A DNA stretch of 64,000 nt from Longimicrobiales bacterium. Its GTDB lineage: Bacteria; Gemmatimonadota; Gemmatimonadetes; Longimicrobiales; Gaopeijiaceae. Below, in pieces: positions 56,925-64,000 of this stretch (the first letter of the stretch is position 1; each line of letters starts with the position of its first letter). The notes beneath the pieces are model-generated. The model saw only the letters and a list, made by a program, of their open reading frames with translations. It was not told where the DNA came from and did not search any database. The DNA is taken from positions 64,001-128,000 of the forward strand of contig JAWLHJ010000005.1 in the NCBI GenBank assembly GCA_041690395.1, read 5' to 3'. The translations under genes and the position numbers were made by a program.

Positions 56925-59092
56925 TCTCCCCCAGTCCGAACGCCGGTGGATTCGGGTTGTCAGGCCCCGGGACCGGCGTGACATCGCGCGGGACCGGTGC
57001 GGGCTTCGTCGCCGAGGCTGGCTTCGAGTCCGGAACCGTACACGAGCGCGAGACCGTGCCGTCCGGAAGCCCGGCGGGTCCGGACTTCGCCGTGGCCTTC
57101 CTGGCCGCCCTCGGTCTCGGAGATCCTGCGGAGCCGGAGGTCGGGACGCCCGGAGAGCTCGAAGAAGGAGCGCGTCCGGCCCTGGAAGATCCGGTGGCCG
57201 GCGGCTACGGGGACGTCGACGTGAGGGTTCGCGTGCGAAAGGCGCTCCTGGCACCCGGGTCCTCCGCGGTGTCCGGCGAGCCCATCAGGGGCCCGGGATC
57301 GCCTGACATCATGGCGAGCCGGGAAGCGCTTCCGAGCGACTCGTCCGTAATCGCGTCGCCGGCTGACACGGCGGGCGGTCGGCCTGCGACCGGCCCCGCC
57401 ATGGGGAGAGAAGGAGCAGCGGCAGACGTCGTGCGCTCTCTACCCCCGGAGCCGGGTGGGGCGGTCGAGCGTGCGTCCGAGGCGAACCCCGTCCCGGTGC
57501 ATACGATGCGCCCCGACGGCGCATCGACCGACGATCGGGCGTCCGCGACACCGGAAGGCGGGTCCCCGCACCTGGCTGGTCCCGATGCGGCGTCACAGAC
57601 CGACTCTGCGGACGCCTCGACGGCGGACGATGGGGATGCGGTGTTGCCCTCTCCCGGACTATCCCAGGGCGACGCCTCGGAGGCTCCGTCGAGCATGTCC
57701 AGCGGGGCGGCTCCGGCCGCGGGAGAAGCGAGCCGGTCCTGGGAGCGATTGGATCCGGTGCTGAAGGGAAAGCTCGAGCGAGTGATCGACCGTATGCGCT
57801 CCGAGCACGGTCATGAGGTGCAGCTGATCGAGGGTTACAGGACCGGCGAGCGCCAGGCTGAGTTGTTCGCTCAGGGGAGAAGCGCTCCCGGGCCGATCGT
57901 GACCTGGACTCGCTCGTCCCGGCATATGGAAGGTCGCGCCGCGGACCTCATGGTGGATGGCAGCTTCGAGCTCGGGACGGGCTACCAGCGACTTCAGGAG
58001 GTGGCCCGTCAGGAGGGCCTCCGCACGCTGGGGCCGCGAGATCCGGGGCATGTCGAGCTGCCCGAAGGGTTGGACGCACCTTCTGCCCGGCGATTCAGGA
58101 CCGACGCGACCTCGGTCGATGCGGTCCCCGGGGCTTCCGTCGAGCGCCAGACGCAGCGTAGGGCGGCGCGTCCCGAGGGAGCGGTCACGACGGTGCCTCG
58201 GACGATGGACAACGCCATGTGGACGTCGAGTCCGGTTGAGCCCGCGGAGGTGGCACGGGTGGCGGAAGTCGCGCGAGTCGCGGAGATCTCTCCTGTGGCG
58301 AAGGTCGCCCGCGTGGCCGATGTCGCTGGATCGGTGTCCCTCTCCGGCGAGGCAGGTCGCCCGCCGGTCTCCAGCGCTGGAACCGAGGTGTCGGCCACGG
58401 CTCCCATGCGTGCCGAGAATCTCGCCAGCGAGCTCCGGGACCCCGCCGTGGATCCCGGATCGTCGCGCCGGCAAGCATCGCGCCCGATCGATCCGCCACC
58501 CGATCCCGACCTCGGGCGAGACGCCGGGCATGGGGTCGCCGACGGGATCCGGACGCCGGACCTCGGGGGTTCGGGAGGGCGCCGTGGTGCCGTGGCTTCC
58601 GTAGCACCTGTCGACGTGCTCGGCCGGGTCGAGCAGGCTCTCGACATGCGCGAGCTCGGCCGCGCCACCCGCCCGGGATTCGTGTCCCTGCGGATCGGTG
58701 ATGGCTTCGGCGGCGGAGACCAGGTGCGGGTCGGGCTCGCCGATCACCGGGTCGATGTGGATCTCGATCTGACGGACCGTCGCGGGTCGGAGGCCATCCG
58801 GGGCCGTGTGGCCGAACTCTCCAGATCACTGGGAGAGCGGGGCTTGAGCCTGGGTGCCCTACGGGTCTCCTCGCCGGACCCGTCCAGCGGGTGGGCCCAG
58901 GGTCTTCGATCGTCGGCCGATGGCGTGGCGGAGTTGATGAACACCTGGCTGTCCCAGCCGAGCCAGGACCGGGGCCGCGACCCCAACGGAGGCGCACGCT
59001 CACACGATGGCCGGACGCCCCAGGACGAGAGCGGCTCGAGCCGCTCACACTCGAACTCGGACAAGGAAGGGCGGCATGCCCACAAGCATTGA
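56921..59092 (+). CDS. fliK: FliK-like hook-length control protein with an internal M15 family Zn peptidase domain
   Basis: fliK position before flgD; long P/S/G/A-rich regions; C-terminal FliK_C-like pattern (VSLRI..QVRVGL..RVDVDL..IRGRVAELSRSLGERGLSLGALRV); central EGYR..ERQAELFAQGR..SRHMEGRAAD..DPGHVEL. Confidence 0.75.
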   Translation: MISPSPNAGGFGLSGPGTGVTSRGTGAGFVAEAGFESGTVHERETVPSGSPAGPDFAVAFLAALGLGDPAEPEVGTPGELEEGARPALEDPVAGGYGDVDVRVRVRKALLAPGSSAVSGEPIRGPGSPDIMASREALPSDSSVIASPADTAGGRPATGPAMGREGAAADVVRSLPPEPGGAVERASEANPVPVHTMRPDGASTDDRASATPEGGSPHLAGPDAASQTDSADASTADDGDAVLPSPGLSQGDASEAPSSMSSGAAPAAGEASRSWERLDPVLKGKLERVIDRMRSEHGHEVQLIEGYRTGERQAELFAQGRSAPGPIVTWTRSSRHMEGRAADLMVDGSFELGTGYQRLQEVARQEGLRTLGPRDPGHVELPEGLDAPSARRFRTDATSVDAVPGASVERQTQRRAARPEGAVTTVPRTMDNAMWTSSPVEPAEVARVAEVARVAEISPVAKVARVADVAGSVSLSGEAGRPPVSSAGTEVSATAPMRAENLASELRDPAVDPGSSRRQASRPIDPPPDPDLGRDAGHGVADGIRTPDLGGSGGRRGAVASVAPVDVLGRVEQALDMRELGRATRPGFVSLRIGDGFGGGDQVRVGLADHRVDVDLDLTDRRGSEAIRGRVAELSRSLGERGLSLGALRVSSPDPSSGWAQGLRSSADGVAELMNTWLSQPSQDRGRDPNGGARSHDGRTPQDESGSSRSHSNSDKEGRHAHKH

Positions 59093-59756
59093 AGCATCGC
59101 AGCCCCCCGTCCTCCTGCCGTCTCGCATGACGGTGGGGGGAGCGCAGGGGAACCCCACGCTCGGGAAGCAGGAGTTCCTGCAACTCCTGGTAGCCCAGCT
59201 GAAGCATCAGGACCCCATGAATCCCAGCAACCCCGAGGACATGGCGGCTCAGCTCGCTCAGTTCTCGTCGGTCGAACAGCTCATCGGCATCAATGAGCAG
59301 CTGGGTACGCAGGCCTCCTCCGCGGAGGTCATGGCGTCGTCGCTGAACAACAGCACCGCGGTCGGCGTCATCGGAAAGAACGTGCTCACCCCCGGGGACC
59401 AGGTCGCCATCGACGACCCTGACGGCGGAGCAGTGACCGTCGTGGTCGGGGAGGGAGGAGGTCGCGGCGTCCTGACGCTCTTCGATGAGGGGGGAAACCG
59501 GGTCGGTGCCCGTGATCTCGGCACCCTGGACGGTGGTCGGCAGGACATCGACCTCGGGAGTGCCGCCGACGGGCTCCCGCCAGGGGACTACCGATACGAG
59601 GTCAGCGTCCAGGACGCTGACCAGTCTTCGGTCGAAGTCCGCACGCTCATGCGCGCCCACATCGACGGCGTGCGCTACGGCTCGAACGGCCCGCAGCTGC
59701 TTTCCGGGGATCTGGAGATCCCGATGGCCGACGTGATCGAAATCATCCAGCAGTAA
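59076..59756 (+). CDS. flgD: Flagellar hook capping protein FlgD
   Basis: LGKQEFLQLLVAQLKHQDPMNP; AQLAQFSSVEQL; C-terminal Ig-like domain. Confidence 0.95.
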   Translation: MPTSIEASQPPVLLPSRMTVGGAQGNPTLGKQEFLQLLVAQLKHQDPMNPSNPEDMAAQLAQFSSVEQLIGINEQLGTQASSAEVMASSLNNSTAVGVIGKNVLTPGDQVAIDDPDGGAVTVVVGEGGGRGVLTLFDEGGNRVGARDLGTLDGGRQDIDLGSAADGLPPGDYRYEVSVQDADQSSVEVRTLMRAHIDGVRYGSNGPQLLSGDLEIPMADVIEIIQQ

Positions 59757-59784
59757 GACTCTTCACAACAGGAGAAGCCACACC

Positions 59785-61032
59785 ATGATGCGCTCACTCT
59801 TCGCCGGTGTGTCCGGCTTGCGGAATCATCAGATCCGCATGGATGTCATCGGGAACAACATCGCCAACGTGAACACCACGGGGTACAAAGCCAGTCGCGT
59901 GACCTTCGAGGAGGCCTTCGCCCAGCAGCTGCAGGGAGCGAGTCGGCCTCCGGGCGACTCCGGAAACGTCTCGGGTGGCGTGAATCCGGTGCAGGTCGGG
60001 TTGGGCATGAACATCGGCTCCATCGACCTGCTGTTCACGCAGGGGAACCTCGAGACGACGGGTGTCACCACGGATCTGGCGATTCAGGGGGATTCCTTCT
60101 TCGTCGCTTCCGATGGCTCTCAGAACTTCTTCACCCGCTCCGGGAATTTCCAGCTGGATGCGAACGGGCGCATGGTGGCTTCCACGAACGGCTTCATCGT
60201 GCAGGGAAAGATCGCGGAAGGCGGCGTGCTGACCGACACGATTCAGGATATCCGGCTTCCGTTCGGGCAGAAGTCGGCCGCTCGGGCGACGGAGACGGTC
60301 TCCTTCGCCGGTAACCTCGACGCGGAGGCCGACATCGGCGCCACGCGCGAGACGACGATCACGGTGTTCGATGCGATGGGCGCTCGTGACGAGATGACCA
60401 TCAGCTTCACGAAGACCAGCGGCACGACGTGGGACTATTCGGTGGCCTCGGGGGATGGTACGACGGTCTCCGGAGACACGGGTACGCTCACCTTCGACAA
60501 TCAGGGCCGGCTGACCGCGCCCGTGCCGACCGACCCCTTCGTCTTCACGCCGGCGTCGGGCGCCGAAGACGTGTCCGTGGACCTGCGCTTCGGAACCGCC
60601 GGCTCCATTGAAGGGCTCTCCCAGTTCGCCGCGCCGAGCACGGCGGTGGTTCGTGACCAGGACGGGTATACGATGGGTGACCTCGAGCGGATTTCCATCG
60701 ACCAGACCGGTACCGTGACCGGCGCGTTCACGAACGGGGTGACCCTGACGTTGGCGCAGATCGTGCTCGCCGACTTCAACAACCCGGCGGGCCTCATCCG
60801 GAGCGGTGACAACATGTACCAGGTGTCCGCCAACTCCGGATCGCCGGTCCTCGGCTTCTCCGGTGAGGGCAGCCAGTCCTCCATCACGTCGGGTGCTCTC
60901 GAGATGTCGAACGTCGATCTCGCGCAGGAGTTCACGGGCATGATCACCGCCCAGCGAGGCTTCCAGTCCAACGCGCGAGTGATCACCACCGCGGACGAGA
61001 TGCTGCAGGAGGTCGTGACGCTGAAGCGATGA
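59785..61032 (+). CDS. flgE: Flagellar hook protein FlgE
   Basis: MMRSLFAGVSGL..MDVIGNNIANVNTTGYK; TDLAIQG; LEMSNVDLAQEFTGMITAQRGFQSN. Confidence 0.96.
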   Translation: MMRSLFAGVSGLRNHQIRMDVIGNNIANVNTTGYKASRVTFEEAFAQQLQGASRPPGDSGNVSGGVNPVQVGLGMNIGSIDLLFTQGNLETTGVTTDLAIQGDSFFVASDGSQNFFTRSGNFQLDANGRMVASTNGFIVQGKIAEGGVLTDTIQDIRLPFGQKSAARATETVSFAGNLDAEADIGATRETTITVFDAMGARDEMTISFTKTSGTTWDYSVASGDGTTVSGDTGTLTFDNQGRLTAPVPTDPFVFTPASGAEDVSVDLRFGTAGSIEGLSQFAAPSTAVVRDQDGYTMGDLERISIDQTGTVTGAFTNGVTLTLAQIVLADFNNPAGLIRSGDNMYQVSANSGSPVLGFSGEGSQSSITSGALEMSNVDLAQEFTGMITAQRGFQSNARVITTADEMLQEVVTLKR

Positions 61033-61060
61033 TCCGGGCTGACTGACTCGTGATCGACGA

Positions 61061-61099
61061 GAGCCTCGGGGCCGCGTGATGGCGGCCCCGGGGCTCTTC
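61061..61099 (+). terminator. Terminator hairpin after flgE
   Basis: gagcctcggggccgc-gtgatg-gcggccccggggctc (15 bp, one G-U pair), followed by ttc. Confidence 0.65.
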
Positions 61100-61116
61100 G
61101 TGCTCCGGGGCCAAGG

Positions 61117-61155
61117 CGGCAATCCTGTCCGCCTCGACCCCGGAAGGATCTTCCG
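61117..61155. promoter_or_regulatory. Paired palindromic enhancer sites upstream of fliL
   Basis: CGGCAA-TCC-TGTCCG (61117-61131) and perfect CGGAAG-GAT-CTTCCG (61141-61155), 24 bp apart. Confidence 0.6.
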
Positions 61156-61275
61156 TACTCCCCGCGACGGACCTGTGGACGAGTCTCTTCGCGCCGAGGG
61201 GTGGCGCGCTCGTAAATCGTTGTGTGTCAGTTCTTTGGGCGCACATGGGGTGTGTCCCGCCGTGTGTCTTGGGTG

Positions 61276-61292
61276 TGGTACGACGCGTGCGA
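61276..61292 (+). promoter_or_regulatory. Sigma54 -24/-12 promoter of the fliL operon
   Basis: TGGTACGACGCGTGCGA: GG-N10-GC, 53 bp before the fliL ATG. Confidence 0.65.
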
Positions 61293-61344
61293 ATAGGGGG
61301 TGCAGCGGCCCAGGCGGCCGCGTGACTGAACCCAGAGGCGCACG

Positions 61345-61851
61345 ATGTCCGAAGACCGCACCGAACTCGACGACGGCACGCCAGACGATGCGGGGGCACC
61401 GCGGAAGCGGTTGCTCCTGGCATTTCTGTTGGGCGGCGCTTGCCTGGCCGCGGGTGGTGCGGTGGGCGCCACCACGCTCGGTGGCGCGGTGGCTCCGCTG
61501 CTCGCCGACAGGGCCGAGGTCCAGGAAGAGGAATCCACTGCTCCTGCGCCCACCGCCCTCCACCTCATCGACAACCTGGTGGTGAATCCGGCCCGCTCGC
61601 GTGGAACCCGATTCCTGCTGGTCAGCGTCGCCGTCCAGGTTCGCCAGCCGGCTACGACGGACATGGTCTCCGAGCGAGACGTGGAATTGCGCGCGGCCCT
61701 TCTGCTCGTACTCGGCGCACGGTCCGTGGACGAGCTCACGGACATCGAGCAGAGGGCGTCCATCGTCGACGAGGTTCGCGCGACCATCGTGGACGTGCTG
61801 GGTCCCGATGTGGTCCATGACATCTTCATCCCCCAGTTCGTCATCCAGTGA
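61345..61851 (+). CDS. fliL: Flagellar basal body protein FliL
   Basis: N-terminal TM; NLVVNPA..GTRFL; VHDIFIPQFVIQ terminus. Confidence 0.92.
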   Translation: MSEDRTELDDGTPDDAGAPRKRLLLAFLLGGACLAAGGAVGATTLGGAVAPLLADRAEVQEEESTAPAPTALHLIDNLVVNPARSRGTRFLLVSVAVQVRQPATTDMVSERDVELRAALLLVLGARSVDELTDIEQRASIVDEVRATIVDVLGPDVVHDIFIPQFVIQ

Positions 61852-62876
61852 GTACTTCCGAGAGCCTCTCCCAGAACGAGATCGATCTGCTCTTCAGCGG
61901 TGGCGGAGGTGCCGAGTCCGGTGGCTCCGAGTCCGTCCGCCGCCAGAGTGAGGTGCAGGTCTACGACTTCCGGCGACCGGCCAGGATCTCCAAGGACCGG
62001 ATGCGCTCGCTCAAGGCGATGTACGGGCTCCTGGCCAAGTCATTGGAGTCCTGGATCACGGGCCGTATGCGGGACCAGCTCGAGGTGGAGCTCCAGAGCG
62101 TGGAGCAGCTCAGCTTCGGCGAGTTCCAACTCGCTCTTCCGTCGCCCTGCTCGTCCTACATCCTGGACATCCAGGGTACGGGTCGGCAGGGCGTGATCGA
62201 CTTCGGTCATGAGTTCGCCTACTTCATCGTAGACCGGCTGTTCGGGGGAACCGGTCAGCACACGGTGCCGTCACGCACCCTCTCCGCCATCGAACGGATG
62301 GCGGTCCGGATCGTCGCCGATCGTGTGGCCTTCCATCTCGCCGAGGCGTGGAAGGACTACGTGAGGCTGACCCTCGAGGTGTCCGGCTTCGAATCGATTC
62401 CGGAGATGCTACAGGTCGCCAACCGTGAGGACCCCGTACTCGTGGCGAACCTGAGTGTGGGCATGGGGGACATGCACTCGCTCATGATGCTCTGCCTGCC
62501 TTTCGCCACGGTCGAAAAGTTCTTCACGGGCACCACCGCGCGTAGGCCGGCCCAACCCGAGGGGTCCGAGTCGGAGCGTGCCCGCGAGCGCACGGTCCTC
62601 GAGACGACGGTCCGTGACGCGCACGTGCTCGTTCAGGCCCGCCTGCCACGCTTCAACGTGAGCTTTCGCGATCTCCTGGACCTCGAGCCCGGATCGGTCC
62701 TGAGCACCGGCCTCGAGCCCGACTCGGAGCTGGAAGTCATCATGGCCGGCCAGCGTCGGTTCCGAGGGCTTCCCGGCAAGATGGGGCGAACCCTCGCGGT
62801 CCGAGTCTCGGAGGCCGTGGATCCCGAGCCGGACGATCTCATTCACCCCGAGCGCGGCTCATCCCCGGACCGATGA
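61848..62876 (+). CDS. fliM: Flagellar motor switch protein FliM
   Basis: LSQNEIDLL (CheY-binding peptide); YDFRRPARISKD; VDRLFGG; C-terminal SpoA domain. Confidence 0.95.
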   Translation: MSTSESLSQNEIDLLFSGGGGAESGGSESVRRQSEVQVYDFRRPARISKDRMRSLKAMYGLLAKSLESWITGRMRDQLEVELQSVEQLSFGEFQLALPSPCSSYILDIQGTGRQGVIDFGHEFAYFIVDRLFGGTGQHTVPSRTLSAIERMAVRIVADRVAFHLAEAWKDYVRLTLEVSGFESIPEMLQVANREDPVLVANLSVGMGDMHSLMMLCLPFATVEKFFTGTTARRPAQPEGSESERARERTVLETTVRDAHVLVQARLPRFNVSFRDLLDLEPGSVLSTGLEPDSELEVIMAGQRRFRGLPGKMGRTLAVRVSEAVDPEPDDLIHPERGSSPDR

Positions 62877-62930
62877 GCTCGACGCATCCCTTCACATCAG
62901 CCACCTGCAGCGGTAGACGAGGTCACGAGC

Positions 62931-63344
62931 ATGGATGAGCGAAACGAAGAAGCACTGGACGAACGAGCACTCGAGGCCGCCATGGAGGCGGAGCTGAACG
63001 ACGGGGGCGAGGAGAGCCCGGCCGCCGAGTTCGGTGAATTCCGCCGCGATGGGGTGAGCGGGCAGCCCGCGGCGCTGAACATGCTCTATGACCTCCATAT
63101 GCCGGTGGCCATCGAGCTGGGCAGGACCCGTATGTCGGTGCAGGAGATCCTGACTCTCGGTCGGGGATCCGTGATCCAGCTGGACCGCCTCGCCGGAGAG
63201 CCGGTGGACGTGTTCGTGGGTGATCGGCGGTTCGCCGAGGGAGAGGTGGTCGTCGTGGGGGAGCAGTTCGGCGTGCGGATCACCCGGATTCTGAGCACGA
63301 GCGTGGAGAACGCCGCGGAGTCCGCGTCGGAGTCCGCGGCTTGA
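62931..63344 (+). CDS. fliN: Flagellar motor switch protein FliN
   Basis: IELGRTRM..ILTLGRGSVIQLDRLAGEPVDV..AEGEVVVV.EQFGVRIT. Confidence 0.95.
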   Translation: MDERNEEALDERALEAAMEAELNDGGEESPAAEFGEFRRDGVSGQPAALNMLYDLHMPVAIELGRTRMSVQEILTLGRGSVIQLDRLAGEPVDVFVGDRRFAEGEVVVVGEQFGVRITRILSTSVENAAESASESAA

Positions 63345-63346
63345 CC

Positions 63347-64000
63347 ATGATGACCTGGGTCACGGTGGTTTCGGCGCTGGCCTTCGTCTTGGGTGTCGTG
63401 GCCGTGGCCGCTCACTGGGCTCGCCGCTTCGGGACACGCTCCGGCGTCACGACCCCTCAGGGCTCCATCGAGGTGGTTTCGCGGGTGGGGCTCGCGCCCA
63501 AGCAGGGCGTGGCGACGGTGAAATTCGGTGGTCGCTTCCTACTCGTCTCCTATGGCGAAGGTGGCGTCCGTGCGCTCGCGGAAATGGATGCCGCGGCGTG
63601 TGATGCGGGCGACGAAATCGACGCTGGTGCGGGGGCGCATGGCCCGGTGAGGAGCGGGTTGGCCACGCTCCCTGGACAGGCCGGTGCCCTGATTTCCCTC
63701 GCGCGGCGCCGGGTCGCGGGCCTGCGGGTGCTCCCGGCCGTCCTGATGATGGGAACTCTCCTGGTCTCGGCGCCCTCGGTGGACGCACAGAGCGCTGCCG
63801 AGGCACCGGTCGCCGCGGTCGGTGAGGTCGCCCGGGTGCCCGCCGGCGACGGATCCGCGGGCCCGCAGATGAGCGTGAGCCTCGGTGGGCAGGAAGAGGA
63901 GGGGCGGTTGGAGCTGAGCGGTCCCGTGGGGACGGTCCTGTTCATCGGGTTCATGACGCTGATCCCGACGCTCCTTCTCCTCATGACGAGCTTCACGCGG
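63347..64000 (+). CDS. fliP: FliO-FliP fusion protein (3' end beyond the window)
   Basis: Not in the ORF track because it has no stop. Manual translation gives 218 open codons: FliO-like MMTWVTVVSALAFVLGVV..IEVVSRVGLAPKQGVATVKFGGRFLLVS, continuing in frame to FliP-like GTVLFIGFMTLIPTLLLLMTSFTR. Confidence 0.85.
   Translation, partial: MMTWVTVVSALAFVLGVVAVAAHWARRFGTRSGVTTPQGSIEVVSRVGLAPKQGVATVKFGGRFLLVSYGEGGVRALAEMDAAACDAGDEIDAGAGAHGPVRSGLATLPGQAGALISLARRRVAGLRVLPAVLMMGTLLVSAPSVDAQSAAEAPVAAVGEVARVPAGDGSAGPQMSVSLGGQEEEGRLELSGPVGTVLFIGFMTLIPTLLLLMTSFTR

Noticed and set aside
57734..58060. M15 domain as a prophage endolysin remnant or VanY resistance gene
   Set aside because: It is in frame within a flagellar operon gene, with no phage or van genes and no insertion scars nearby.

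Overview
High-GC bacterial chromosomal window. The gene content is compatible with a Gemmatimonadota-like diderm, but this taxonomy is inference only. Bases 1-25.3 kb hold envelope and transport genes: two GNATs, a secreted serine hydrolase, an ECF sigma/FecR/TonB-dependent transducer/fasciclin lipoprotein unit, a TolC-MFP-two-RND efflux operon, a sigma54 two-component pair divergent from a DUF4168-like gene, and a Fur-boxed FecA-like receptor. Bases 25.4-37.1 kb are a block of soluble PAS/REC histidine kinases with an HDOD protein, an XRE-PAS-PAS regulator and a His-less pseudokinase; several of these genes have sigma28-like promoters. Bases 37.2-46.4 kb are a chemotaxis operon built around a soluble globin+PAS chemoreceptor, with an inserted YbaN-like gene. 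Bases 46.5-64 kb are a flagellar cluster (fliW, flgL, sigma54 activator, flgBC, fliEFGHIJ, motE-like, fliK, flgDE, fliLMN, fliOP). The most striking observations are: a FliK-position protein carrying an apparently intact M15 Zn peptidoglycan peptidase domain; an in-frame FliO-FliP fusion that keeps an internal signal-peptide-like segment; and a readable cis-regulatory code, with paired CGGAAG-N3-CTTCCG palindromes 24 bp apart upstream of two sigma54 promoters plus five sigma28-like promoters. I saw no rRNA, tRNA, CRISPR array or mobile element. All product calls come from motif recognition by eye, not database searches.
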